From Eledone cirrhosa (taxonomy: Eukaryota): 64,000 bases of DNA. Within the stretch, counting starts at the first letter, position 1. The number at the start of each line of letters is the position of its first letter. Location: NCBI GenBank assembly GCA_964016885.1, contig OZ024755.1, positions 11,036,001 to 11,100,000 on the forward strand. The letters are read 5' to 3'. Shown here piece after piece: positions 45,452 to 59,399 of this stretch. A program made the position numbers and the translations under genes. The notes under the pieces were generated by a model. It was given only the letters and a program-made list of their open reading frames with translations. It was not told the DNA's origin and did no database searches.

Positions 45452-45486
<35 letters not shown>

Positions 45487-45488
<2 letters not shown>

Positions 45489-45589
45489 GAGGGTATCCCT
45501 CAAAAATGTATACACACTTTGATTACTTGTACAGACAATATTTAATAGAATGCTGTTGAAGTGTGTATACATTTTTGAGACACCCTGTA
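45487..45589. mobile_element. Tc1/mariner-type MITE
   Basis: Inverted ends caaaaatgtatacacactt / aagtgtgtatacatttttgagacaccctg followed by TA; a second diverged copy at ~37640-37737. Confidence 0.6.
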
Positions 45590-46167
45590 TATATACATAT
45601 ACATACATTTATTTGTTTATACATATATATGCAAACGTGCGTTTGTGTGCGTGTATATATGTGTGTGCGTGTATATTTGTGTGTATATATGTGTGTGTTG
45701 GTCCGATCATACGCTCAGACAGAGATAGATTAAATGTATGTATTAGTATGCAGACGGTCTTTTAATTGGACTTTGTCTAAAACATCGTTTAGCAAGAATC
45801 ACAGTTGCCTTAGTCTACCGTGGAGTATAATCTTCATTAGTGCCGCTTTCTGCACATCAATGACTGGACTGACGTGTGCAGACATAAAGAGGGAGACAGA
45901 AAAAGGCAGAGAGGGGAAGGGAGAGTGTGGAAAAGATAGAGAAGGGGAGGACAGACAAACAGGCAGAAAGACATAAAGAGAGTGGAGTGGAGGAGGAATT
46001 CACACTGTGGTCGATGTAGTTGTGTGTATATATCTACGTAGGTATGTATGTATACATGCATGTATGTATATATGTATGTATGCATGTGTGTATACATATA
46101 TATATGTATGCAAGTATGTATGTGTATTTATGTACGTATGTATGTTACGCATGTATATGGATGGATG

Positions 46168-46267
<100 letters not shown>

Positions 46268-46291
46268 CAAATATATACACACACACACATA

Positions 46292-46376
<85 letters not shown>

Positions 46377-46418
46377 ATATATGTATGTATCTATGTATGT
46401 ATATGTATCTATGTATAC

Positions 46419-46452
<34 letters not shown>

Positions 46453-46612
46453 ACGGATATATATATATATATATGTATATGTTGTTTTTTGTGTTTTTGT
46501 TGTTTTAGTTGTTTTTGTTGTCTGATTTTTTTCATGTTTTTTTTTTTTACTTTGGTATTTTGCTTTTGTATTTGTTTTGTTTTTCGTTTTGCTTTTGTTT
46601 TACTTCTTCCAG

Positions 46613-46797
46613 GGAATACTAGGATCCGGCTTTGCGCTGAAGGTGCAGCAACAACAACGACAGAAGCACCTTAATCGGCGTCGAGTGCCGGCCGCCATGT
46701 TGATCCAGTGTGTGTGGCGTAGCTATGCAGCCGATGAAAATTCTATGTCCATTGCTACGTGGAAGCGTCACATGACACCTTGTCCGAGCCCTACCAC
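46613..46797 (+). CDS. KCNQ: KCNQ exon: end of S6 and calmodulin-binding helix A
   Basis: ttcttccAG|GGA ... AC|GTgagt. Encodes [61 protein letters not shown] (IQxxWR motif). Ends in phase 2. Confidence 0.96.
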
Positions 46798-47196
46798 GTG
46801 AGTATAACGAATTCTCCCTAGTCTACCTTCTGTGTGTGTGTGAGAGAGAGAGTGTGTCTATGAGAGATAGAGAGTGTGTATGGGAGATAGAAAGTGTGTG
46901 TGTGGGTGTGTGTGTGTGTGTGTGTGAGTGGGTATGTGTGTGTGTGTGTGTGTGAGTGTGTATGTGTGTGTATCCGAGCCCTACCACGTGAGTATAACGA
47001 GTTCTCCCTAATCTACCTTATGTGTGTGTGTATGAGAGTATGTATGTGTGTGTGTGTGTATCAGACACCTACCACGTGAGTATAACGAGTTCTCCCTAAT
47101 CTACCTTATGTGTGTGTGTATGAGAGTATGTATGTGTGTGTGTGTATCAGACACCTACCACGTGAGTATAACGAGTTGTCCCTAGTCTATCTTCTG
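46783..47196 (+). repeat. Four tandem copies of the KCNQ exon 3' end plus 5' splice site
   Basis: cctaccac|GTgagtataacga ... ccta.tcta.ctt with GT at 46798, 46988, 47076 and 47162, separated by (TG)n-rich spacers. Confidence 0.9.
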
Positions 47197-47245
47197 TGCA
47201 TGTCTAAATTATATTATCACTATTCCATGCTACTATGCTTTACAG

Positions 47246-47410
47246 GGAACCACGCTGGAAAAACAATACATCATTTGTGAGCAGGTTCTCTACTAAAAGA
47301 CGAGACCGTTCTTCACAAGGTTCCAATAATATCCAGTCACCTATGGTACCTCGGCAGTTGAGGAAGGCTTTCACGGCAGGTGACGATGACATATCGGACA
47401 GTTTTAATAG
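47246..47410 (+). CDS. KCNQ: KCNQ exon: helix A-B linker, part 1 (absent from ORF track)
   Basis: gctttacAG|G ... AG|GTgagt, 165 nt, phase 2-2, open frame: (T)EPRWKNNTSFVSRFSTKRRDRSSQGSNNIQSPMVPRQLRKAFTAGDDDISDSFN(R). Joins both neighbouring exons in frame. Confidence 0.85.
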
Positions 47411-47700
47411 GTGAGTTTAAAATGTGATGAGCCACCGTTGGTTCCGATGATGGGTGTTCCAGTTGTTTGATCATCGAAACAACTAACCGGTGTTTTCTAT
47501 GTGTTATATGCAAATGAGCATATGTGTGAGGGGGGGAGAGAGAGTATGTATGTGTGTGTGTGTTTCTGTGTGTGCATAATATATGGAATACCATCAGTTT
47601 AACCGAATTACCGAAAAAGGTATTCATTGCTTAGTGAAGATTTATGACAATATCTCTCAAATACAGGTAGCAGACATTTCCATTACGTTGGCTCCATATA

Positions 47701-47788
<88 letters not shown>

Positions 47789-48271
47789 TATATAGTTATA
47801 CATCTATCTTACAATGTAATGGAACAAGAACCCATAAATCTATGGATCATATGTATGGCGACACTTTCTCATATTTTAGCCGAGACCTGCAATCGGTGAC
47901 ACCAGACAAAGAAATTTGTGAAAAAAAAAAAAAAAAGGGAAACGAAAAAGGCTGTGATATTTGAGATGCTATAGAATTAGATGTCATTGCAGTGATGATA
48001 ATGTTATCATTGTTGCAACTTTGCAGATACAGATATTAAATTTGCAAACATTTTCTTTTAGGTTTTTTTTTTTCCTTTTCTTACTCATTTATCTTTCTAT
48101 TTCTTCTTCTCTTTATCATTCTATCTATCCCATCCTATGAAGGACTAACAACGGAAACGTTACGTCTCTTTGTCTCTTTTCCTGCTATACCAAGCATTAA
48201 ACTAATATATATTGTCATTGTACTGCATTGTTCTGTAATGTTTTTCTTTGTTGACGTTTCGTCTACACAAA

Positions 48272-48320
<49 letters not shown>

Positions 48321-48428
48321 AAAAGAAATCGAAAATGCAACTGGAGTCTTTTTAAGATTATTTATTTATTTCGTTTACTGGTTTCACAGTTCTTATGCTT
48401 TTCAAAAGTAAAATTGAGATGGAGAGTT

Positions 48429-48474
<46 letters not shown>

Positions 48475-50231
48475 ATATATCCAGTGTGTAGAAATTATGT
48501 AGAAACTATGGAGAAACTTTATTCTTTGGACAATCCTAGCTTAATAAATAAATCGATTAGATACGGAGAGAAATAATCATATAAATGAGAATGTATGATG
48601 ATTTTCATCGGATGAGAGATTTCCGCCATATTTATACTGTTTATATGTTCGTATATATGTGTATATATATGTGTATATATATATATGTATATACATATGT
48701 GAATATGCGTCTTTTTATATATGTACATATGTAAGTACGTATGAATGTATGTATGTATGTACGTATGTATCAATGTATGTATCTATGTGTGTATGTATAT
48801 GATGATTATCCTGTTAGTATATAGGTGAAACTCCAGGGTACACAACACATCACCTAGCTGTAATAAAGTATACATATATATATATATATACGACAAGCTT
48901 CCATACTTGTTCCGTCTACCAAATTCCTCTCATAAAGTATTGATCAACGGGAGGTTATACAAGAAGCTTCGTGACCAAGGTGCCACACTATACACCCGGA
49001 ACCAAATTCTAGTTTATATTTAATATAAATAACCATTGGATTTATATTCTCTTCATAAGTTGAAGAATAAGGAAACTTGTCTCTTGATGAGACCTCAAAT
49101 AGACGTGTAATATGTAAAGACAATGTCTTATGTTCTTCTGTGTACGAACACATAAATATAATATATTCACGTTTATTTCAAAGAAGAGAGGCATATAATT
49201 TAAATTTATAAGTTCACCCACATTAAATTTATCTTATATTACATTATTTCTATATGTTTGTACGTGCATTTTATTATTGCTTGAGGAAGTCATTCATAAC
49301 AAATTTACATATATTTACATTTTTCAATATTATAAACACAATAATTCTGTATGTAGATAATGTAAATACTTACTAAACACACGGTTTTATTGTTTTCAGA
49401 AGCTAATAGGGAGATCGTAAAGTTTTGAATGCACTTTTCGTATGCCAATGAAATGTTAACAGATTAAGCTTGTTATCATTGTCCGCCAAAATGGATGTAT
49501 CAAAGGAAATGTACATTTGGATATATACACAATGTTTATATGCGTGTATGAATGTGCGTGTGTTTGTGTGTGTCTTTTGCGTGTGTGTGTGCAATGTATA
49601 TATATATATATATATATATATAATTATATGTATGTGGGTACATATATATACATATATGTATATATGTGTGTGTGTGTCTTTTGTGTGTGCAATGTATATA
49701 TAAATATGTGTGTGTATATGTATATCTCTGTGTATGCGATGAGTATAGATATAGATATATATATATATATGCCTGTATAAATATATATTTGATGTTTATA
49801 TGTATATATGATTATATACTGTATATATCTAATTATATACTGAGTATATATATATGAGCGTGAGTGTGTGTGTTTGTGTATGTTTGTGTGCTGTTATGTG
49901 TCATGGGTTTACACCAACATGACAAAATAACATCCAAACAACGAATGTTGCTGGCTGAGGTTTTTAAACTTTGACCATATTGAATGATAGAAAGGTACAT
50001 AGGTATACAGACAGAGAGAAAGACAGTGAGAAAGACAGACAGACAAAGGACAGACAAGCAGATAGATATGTACACACATATAAATACATACATACACATA
50101 TACATACCTATAGACACATATATACACACATATAAAACATTGGATGAATATCTTCGTTCTATTTACTGATTGTAGAACCACATCGAACCCGAAAGATCCT
50201 TGGCTTCATCTTTCAAGAGTTTACCCTTGTT

Positions 50232-50307
<76 letters not shown>

Positions 50308-50452
50308 TATAGGTGAGATCCCGGTGTAAATCTGGAAACGACCACTGTCAAAATAGGTGCTCAATATATTAGTAGAGTAAAGGTATATTTATTAAAGAAA
50401 TGACTTCTGCGAGAGAACTGCTTCAATCGTAAGAAATCGAAAATAATAGACG

Positions 50453-50494
<42 letters not shown>

Positions 50495-50858
50495 GGGTGT
50501 GCCTGTGTGTATTATTCATGTGTGTATTATTCATGTATGTAGAAAAAGGGATGTAATATACATTTAGTCATCTTGAGGTTCAAACTTTTCTTCCATTTTT
50601 CCAATTTCCCAAAGCGCCATTTTAAATGATTGAATCTCAAAGATTGATATGAATTCAAGCGGTAAAAGATAATTATAATCCAATCTGGTTGAATTCTTTC
50701 ATATATACACCACAATTTGCATTTATAGCAGCAGGCTATATAATAAGTAAACATATCGACTTTTCATCGATATTTTGTAAACACACAATAGTTAAAGAAA
50801 ACTTGATTCTCATAAGTTTGACTCTAAATTTATTCATGTGTATATATATATATATACA

Positions 50859-50906
<48 letters not shown>

Positions 50907-51431
50907 ATATATTTATATATATTTATATATATATGTGTGTGTGTGTAGATACATACATATATACGTATGTGTATAGGTATGCATGATTGCATGAGTGTAT
51001 GTATTTAACAGCACTGCAGTCTTTGATGCGCAAAATTGGATGTAACTAGTATGTTTGCTGGGTGCATCATTTTTTCCTATAATCACTTAATTTCGGAATG
51101 GTATACACAGTATATATATATATATATATATATGTACATTTGTTTGTGTATGAGCGTGTGTGTGTGTGTGTGTAATGGATGAGCAGACATTAAGGAAACT
51201 ACGAGAACAACAAATTATGAAAGTAAAATGAATAAAATTAATGGAAACTTCCCAGAATACATTGGGAGATGTGAGACATAGCTATGGTCGATGTATGTAT
51301 GTATGTATGTATCTATGTATGCATGCATGTATGTATGCATGTATGTATGTATGTATGTATGTATGTATGTATGTATGTATGTATGTATGTATGTATGTAT
51401 GTATGTATGTATGCATATATTTATCTATCTA

Positions 51432-51900
51432 GAGCGGGTAAAATTCCCTAGATCCATGGACAAGTTCTCTCCAGCGGTCTGTGTCCTTCATCATCGCGGC
51501 CATGTCCTGCGTTTCCCAGAGACCAATGTCTGTCCTTAGAGCATCAATATGTGTCCACCTTGGTCTCCCTCTTCTAGTGCGTCTGTAGGGGATCCCACAG
51601 GAACACTGAGTGCAGTGTCAACTCTGAATGTCGGTGAACATGTCCAGCTAACCTCAGTCTCCTCTGTGTTACTTTCGAGCTGACTTTTGGGAGGCTCCCA
51701 TACAGCTCTGAGTTCTTCATCCTCAGTGTATACTGATCAATGTTCAGAGCCATCCTCGGCATTCTCGTGTAGCACCCATCCACCCTCTCAGTGAGTTTCA
51801 TGGTCAGTGTCCAAGTCTCAAACCCGTACGGTAGCATAGACTCCACTGTAGCAACGAAGATACGGATCTTCATGTCTTTACGAAGGTCCAACTTCCACAC
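51432..51900 (-). mobile_element. RTE-type LINE 3' fragment (post-RT region)
   Basis: KIRIFVATVESMLPYGFETWTLT ... DGCYTRMPRMALN ... ELYGSLPKVSSKVTQRRLRLAGHVHRH. Confidence 0.8.
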
Positions 51901-52243
51901 ATGTGTGTATTATCCCTCGGGGTGCTGAATCTTGTACGGGGCCATCGCTTAGTTGATGCACAACTTAAAATTGTTTGTAATGCAAGAGCAAAATCTACCT
52001 CCGTGGCACAAAACAGAGACAGAGAAGGAGAGAAACATATGTAATATAGATATGAAGATATAGATATAATATAGATATGAAGATATATATTTATGTGTGT
52101 GCGCAAAATATTTATACAATATTAATAATTACAATAATTGTTAATATGTAAAAGCAGTGATGATGATGTATTCAAAGTATTTCAAGTTTATATGGTTTCC
52201 TTCATATTTAAATGCCACGTTTGTGTTTTTGTTGTTGTTGTGC

Positions 52244-52254
52244 TAGTAGTAGTA

Positions 52255-52339
<85 letters not shown>

Positions 52340-52342
52340 AAA

Positions 52343-52414
<72 letters not shown>

Positions 52415-52417
52415 AAA

Positions 52418-52472
<55 letters not shown>
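52244..52472. repeat. (AGT)n microsatellite
   Basis: Long (GTA)n tract; source of the poly-V, poly-S and poly-L ORFs. Confidence 0.95.
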
Positions 52473-52473
<1 letters not shown>

Positions 52474-52788
52474 CCACCACCACTACCACCACTACAATCA
52501 CCACCACCAACAACAACACCAACAACAGCACCAACAACAGCAGCAGCAGTAGTGGTAGTGGTAGCACCACCACCACCACCAGCTACAGTAGTGGTAGTCG
52601 TACTCTTTTGCTCATGTCAATTTTGCTCCTGAGAATAAAACTAATGTTTTCCTTTTGTGAAATATTTACGAGATTACTTTTATAAAAGCTCTTTATTTAA
52701 GAGATGTGTTGTTTTGGAAAGTGTGTATATGTGTGTGCGTGTGTATGTGTGTGTGTGTATTTAAATGTATATATATATTTGTGTTTAT

Positions 52789-52821
<33 letters not shown>

Positions 52822-52910
52822 TGATATCTCTCTCTCTACATATGCGTGTGTTAGTGTGTACGACTATATATGTATATATGTATGCTAGTATATGATATAT
52901 TCATAATATA

Positions 52911-52997
<87 letters not shown>

Positions 52998-53773
52998 ATT
53001 CAGAAATATGTGTGAAATGTGAATATATATTTTTTTTAAGAATCGGTCAACCAAGTGTGATTACACACTGAAACACACACACACAATTATATGCATACAT
53101 ATGTTTGCGTATATATCTCTGTGTGTTTGTGCGTGTGTGTGTATGTGTGTGTGTGTGTTCTTTTGATGTGTTAATCACCTATTTTACATTTTGCATATGT
53201 ATATTTTCTGAATATTGGTTTTTAATTCCTCTATATGTATATATATAAAGACATACATGCACACACACATATATAAGTATATGTATATATATATATTGAT
53301 AGTGTATATATATATATATATATTTTAAAAAGTAATTACCATATTTTTTTTATATTTTTTCAATATTTATTTATTGGTTCCTGTGTGGAACTTCGGTAAT
53401 TGGTGAGAATCGATACTTCATTTACGGCGTTCGGCTTAAACATTTACTGCCATATCTTTAGATGTAGCCGAATTATATGTATGTATGTGTGTTTCAGAGA
53501 GTGTGTGTGTATGTGTGTATGCATGTATCGTTTTGTTTAAATGAATATCGGTTTCTTTGGGAGATTTGTTGTTGTTGTTGTGGTGGTGTTGGTGGTGGTG
53601 TTGGTGGTGGAGGTGGTGGTGTTGGTGGTGGTGATTGTGTTGGTTGTGGTGCTGGTGTTTTGGTGTATTGTGGTAGAGGAGCCTGGCTTACAAACATTTC
53701 AAGACCTCTTTGGGGATTTGTCCCTACATATAAATGTATGTTTGTGTTTGTATGTATGTGTACATGTTTACAT

Positions 53774-53827
<54 letters not shown>

Positions 53828-54119
53828 TTTATTTATTTATATATATTTATATATATATATTTATATTTATATAATATTCATATATATATATATATTTGTA
53901 TATATATATACATACATATATCAAATAGATATATACATGCAAATAAACATGCATGCATTCATGCATTCATACATACATACAGATTATCTTTATTTTCGTA
54001 TTACTATTTTTTATTTAAAAAAGGTTCCCTCAGTACTGGAATATTTTCTTGGATCACTACCTCTATAACCCAATTCTATGTTGCCAATGGATTCCATATC
54101 ATTTCATCATTGTCTTTGA

Positions 54120-54240
<121 letters not shown>

Positions 54241-54446
54241 ATCAGGATTGAACCAGTTTTAAACTAGTTAGACCATTATTCAACAGAGTACTCGAGACTT
54301 GGGATAGTAGAGTATGACTATATAGAGTATGACTATATTAGAAAGTGCTGGAAGTAGCTGTTGAAATGCCAAATGCTCAGCCGTCGTGTGTATGTGTGGA
54401 TATGTTTGACTAGAAATAACTCTGTGTTCTTTATTTCATATTTCAG

Positions 54447-54538
54447 GAGTCAACTGAGTTTATCGGTGGGGGAAAGAGAACATATGGCAATTAGGAAGGA
54501 AAGTTCCATTTCTTCCGTCTACACCAAGGAATCAGAAG
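54447..54538 (+). CDS. KCNQ: KCNQ exon: helix A-B linker, part 2
   Basis: atatttcAG|G ... GAA G|GTcagt. Encodes SQLSLSVGEREHMAIRKESSISSVYTKESE. Phase 2 to 1, which is the change needed to reach the phase-1 acceptor at 58113. Confidence 0.75.
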
Positions 54539-54623
54539 GTCAGTGACGAATACATTGTTTGGAGGGTTTCTTTACTCGATGAAGCCGAATATAATGATGA
54601 TGATGCTGATGATGATGATAATA

Positions 54624-55255
54624 TAATTGTTTCTACTTTTGGCATAAGGCCAGCAATTATTCCAGTGTATTACTGGTACTTTATTTTATCGACCCCGTAA
54701 GGATGAAAGGCAAAGTTAACCTCGGCGGGATTTGAACTCAGACTATAAAAGGCCGTAACTCTTTGCTGCAAAGCATGATGATAATATAATTGTTTCTACT
54801 TTTGGCACAAGGCCAGCAATTAACGCAGTGTATTACTGCTACTTTATTTTATCGACCCCGTAAGGATGAAAGGCAAAGTTAACCTCGATGTATATTATAC
54901 ACATGATGTATGGTCAAAAGAAGCCACAAGTGAAATGGTTTTAAATTTATGGCCGTTATGTATGATTCTGATCTGTCGTCCCTTTCCTTTCAAACTGCTG
55001 GCCTAATGCCAAAAGTAGAAACAATTATTATCATCATCATCTAGATTGACAGTATCGGTAGAGCGTCGGACACCATGCTTTGCAGCATAGAGTTACGGCC
55101 CTTTCCGTTCTGAGTTCAAATCCCGTCTAGGTTAGCTTAGCCTTTCATCCTTACGGTGTTGATAAATTAAAGCAGCAGTAATACTCTGGTTCGATTTAAT
55201 CGACTTTCCCCTCCCCCTTTCAAATTGCTGGTTTGTGCCTAAAGTAGAAACAATT

Positions 55256-55257
<2 letters not shown>
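54624..55257. mobile_element. Cluster of oppositely oriented Meta-type SINEs
   Basis: Two minus-strand copies (54624-54890) followed by a plus-strand tail fragment and a plus-strand full copy (54975-55257). Confidence 0.8.
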
Positions 55258-55297
<40 letters not shown>

Positions 55298-55522
55298 GTC
55301 ATCATCATCGTCATCATCATCATCGCCATCATCGCCATCATCGTCATCATCGTCGTCGTCGCCATCATCATCATTGCTGTACTTATTTATTCCATACCAG
55401 ATATCCTAGTAATGAGGAAGCTACGAGAGAAGAGAAATAGTTTTTCGAGTGTTGTTTGTGGGGTTTATTATTATTATTATTATTGTCCCCTACATGTCGG
55501 CCCTTGTGGCCAATAAATTAAA

Positions 55523-55554
<32 letters not shown>

Positions 55555-57369
55555 GTATCATAGATTTGTTTCATTATTTTGTTTGGTTTTGTTGTTGTTA
55601 TTGTTAGTCTTGTTTTCTTGCTCGAAAGAGAAAGAGAATGTGTAATTGGATTTTAATAATATTAATAAATTTAACGAAATTTAAATATCGTAAATATTGT
55701 TTTGTTTTGTTTTTTTTTTGTTGTTTTTTTTGTTTTGTTTTGTTTCTTTTGTTTTTTAGTTTATTTTCTTTGGAGCTCATCGGAGTCGTTAATTGTATTA
55801 TTGGTAGTCCGTTTTTAAATGCTCAAATAATTGATGAATGTTGGTCATTGTTATATAGAGAGGGGTGGGGAGGGGAAGAGGGATTGGGAGAAGTTCGTTA
55901 TTTTAATAGAGAGGGGAGGATGGTCTTAGTTATTTTAATATAGAGAGGAGGATGTTCGTTATATTTATGGAAAGATTGGGAGGAGGGTTTCGTTATTTCA
56001 ATATAGAGAGGAGGAGGAGGAGGAGGAGGGGGGTGGAGGAGGAGGAGATATTGCGTGACAATTCTGTTATATTTCTGTGTTTCCGGAATCCAGTACACGT
56101 GATTTGACTGTTTGTGTAGAAAATAACTGAAGGTAACCTAGTTATCGATGACACTGATTTATAGTTAGACGGCTTAATCAATCAATCAAAATCCATAGCT
56201 TAAAGAGACAGTGATAATGGTGATGATGGTGATGATAATAATGATGATGGTGGTGATGATGATGATGATTTCTTAGATAACACTGATCATATCGATGACG
56301 ATGATGATATGTTTGTAAAAATCCTCACAATAATCTATCAGTTGTTTCATTTGTTTTCGTAGTAGTAAGTTAGGTATCCAGTCTTGGGTTAGATCTCTAA
56401 CCATTAGGTATCCATTCATGAGTTAGATCTTTAACCATATATGTATCCATTTGGGGATAAATCTTTAACCATTTAGTTATCCTTTAGTGGGTTAAATCTT
56501 TAACTATTTGATATGCTTTTTGGGGAGTTATTTTCTCTCTTTGTCTTTCCCCCTCCCAAAAATTGTTAGCCTTTTGCCTAAATCAGAAACCATTATTCCT
56601 TCAAAGTTTCTTAAACACGTATTAATTAAAAAAATGTCCTTTCCTTTTCTATTCTTTTCTCACCTATCTGTACTTTGAATTTCTGCTCAGGTTTAATTTG
56701 TTATAATCTTTTTTTATTGTTCAATTTTTGTTCTTCGTTAATTTATACATAATTTTAGTCGTTGTTCAAAGTTTATGATCACTTCCTATATCCAAACTGG
56801 GTGGACTTCGAATTTCAGCTCTATTTATACCTAAATAAATATATTTTAAGGCTGAAGATAAAATCACTATTTTGATTGTATATTTCGCCATATTATTATT
56901 TTGACGAATTATGCTGTGCAATTATGTTCAGTATAATTACATTTGCGATATTTTAGCAAAATATAATGATTTTATATTCTGCTATAGTGTAGTTTGTACT
57001 ACTTTACTAAATGCACATCACCAAGTGTAAACAACACCTGATGCCGTCTTTGTATTCTACTCATTTAGACTATTCGGGGGGGGGGGTATGTTCATTTTCT
57101 TATGTGGTTGTTTTTGGGTTCTCCAATTGTTTGGTGAAGTAAACGTAATGGAAAAAACAAGAAGAGGGAGAGAAAATATGAGATGATTTATATGTGTGAG
57201 TGTGGATGTATATACATATATGTGTGAATGTGTGTCTGTGTGGGTGTAAGAATATATAGATTGGAAAGATTTTATCAGAAGTGCCTCAGAAACATCTTTA
57301 ATATATACTGGAAATCTTTCACTCCATATATAGTTGTTCTCAAGAGAGCAAACATAAGTTCGAGAGAGA

Positions 57370-57915
57370 GGCAATGATTATGCTCAGTTGCCTAATATGG
57401 TCAGAACATCTTGTTTGTCTTTCTGATAGCCACATTCCTAAAACAGATTTATTTCTACGGTGAACTAAAGCTAGGAAACACATCGCGCTATAAGCCAAGG
57501 AAACGATACAAAGATTCCTTAAAAGCGACATTGAAGAAAGTAAAAATAAATTGTAACAACTGAGAAGAGAAAGCTCGTGATAGGACAGGTTGAAAGATGC
57601 AGGATAAATCCTCCCTTGCTGAAAATAAGGATCTCAGACTTTACCCTTGTTCACGTTGTTATGGTGTTTGCCTATCAAATGATGGTCTGAAATCTCGTTT
57701 AAGGTCGCACAATATAAAGCAATTTGTAAATGAATTGAACACAGACTTTATATGTCAGGTCTGCCACAAAAGATGCAAAAAGGGTGATCTTAAGAAACAT
57801 TATAAAATCCACAGAGATGAAGAGAACAACACTTTACCATCAATATACCCTAGACTCGATTGCCAAATTTGTTAGGAAACCTTTTACTCCATTTCTGGAC
57901 TTAAAAAGTATTTAA
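57370..57915 (+). mobile_element. Decayed RTE/BovB-like LINE 3' end with trailing C2H2-like zinc fingers
   Basis: WSEHLVCLSDSHIPK ... YGELKLGNTSRYKPRKRYKDSLKATLK, then CSRC ... GLKSRLRSH, CQVC ... LKKHYKIH and CQIC; contains stops and frameshifts. Confidence 0.6.
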
Positions 57916-57973
57916 ATAAATAAATAAAAATTCTACATCCCAGATTACTCTTGCTCGTCTTTCAAGTGATAAC

Positions 57974-58059
<86 letters not shown>

Positions 58060-58113
58060 GTCGTCGTTGCCCTTACCGTTACCGTTCTAAAATGTTGCTT
58101 CGATTAATTCTAG

Positions 58114-58315
58114 AAGATCAAGATTTGTCCCCACGAGTCACCCAGCTGACAGAAACACATAAAGCTGCTATCAGAGCTATTCGCAAAATCAAGTATTTTG
58201 TAGCCAGACGTAAATTTCGCGAAGCACTGAGACCATACGATGTGAAAGATGTCATTGAACAGTATTCTGCAGGTCACGTGGACATGTTGAGTAGGATTAA
58301 AAATCTACAGTTAAG
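58114..58315 (+). CDS. KCNQ: KCNQ exon: helices B and C
   Basis: ttctAG|AA ... AG|GTaagt. Encodes (E)[66 protein letters not shown], with the [15 protein letters not shown] signature. Confidence 0.95.
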
Positions 58316-59002
58316 GTAAGTGTTTCAGATCTTTTTTCGTCGTCATCGTTGTTGTTGATAGTGTTGTTGTTATTGCTATTGTTGTCGTTATTGCTATTGC
58401 TGTTGTTGCTATTGTCGTTGTTATTGCTATTGCTGTTGTTGCTGTTGTTGTTGTTGCTACTTTTGTTGCTGTTGTTATTATTGCTGTTTTTATTGTTGTT
58501 GTTACTATTAATTAATTAATACACTGTTAATTAATATACTGGAGGCGCGTGGCCTAGTAGTAAGTGTGTTGGACTTACTATCATGACGTTGACTGGATTG
58601 TACCTGTAATTCAAAGGGCTAGCTTTGTCACACATTGTGTCATGTTGATCCTGTAGCGAATCATTTTAAGGGCACACTTGTCTGTGGAATACTCAGCCAC
58701 TATAATTTCACGAGCGGGCTGTTCATCAAACAATTGGAAACGGCGGATGTCCATTCCTATTAGTTTCTTGAATATTTTTCGCTGCTGTTGTTTTTGTTTT
58801 GTTTTTCGTCTTTTATTGTTACAGAAAATCGACATGATACCAAAAAGGTTGACGGTTCCATCCCTCATCGAAGCTACCTTAGCTGCCACCGTAATAGTCA
58901 TGCTCTGTAAACCGTAAATAATATTGGCTCGAAATTATTATATTTATTAATTGATTTTCTAAATTTTCTGTATGTTTTATGCTTGTTTTATTCACATTTT
59001 AG

Positions 59003-59099
59003 ACTAGATCAAATCCTAGGAAAATCGGGTAGTAAAAATAAAGATGTTTATGAATCCAAAGTAAGTTTAGCATCACGTGTTGTGAAGGTAGAAAGGCAG
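59003..59099 (+). CDS. KCNQ: KCNQ exon: end of helix C and start of helix D
   Basis: cattttAG|A ... CAG|GTgagt. Encodes (R)LDQILGKSGSKNKDVYESKVSLASRVVKVERQ. Phase 2 to 0. Confidence 0.92.
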
Positions 59100-59231
59100 G
59101 TGAGTAATTTATTAATATCTCCTTTAAAATTGTTTAGCATGTAATGTATATTATATACACATACTTATGTGTATATATATATATGTATATATGTGTGTGC
59201 ATAATATATACATATAAATGTATTTAGATAA

Positions 59232-59279
<48 letters not shown>

Positions 59280-59286
59280 TGTAGGA

Positions 59287-59399
<113 letters not shown>

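Noticed and set aside
47065-47161. Two AG-acacctaccac-GT 11-nt micro-exon candidates (47065-47075, 47151-47161)
   Set aside because: 11 or 22 nt shifts the frame and there is no pyrimidine tract; they are by-products of the donor duplication.
57597-57875. C2H2 zinc-finger gene
   Set aside because: Contiguous with a frameshifted RTE-like LINE tail and contains stops; better explained as a retroelement remnant.
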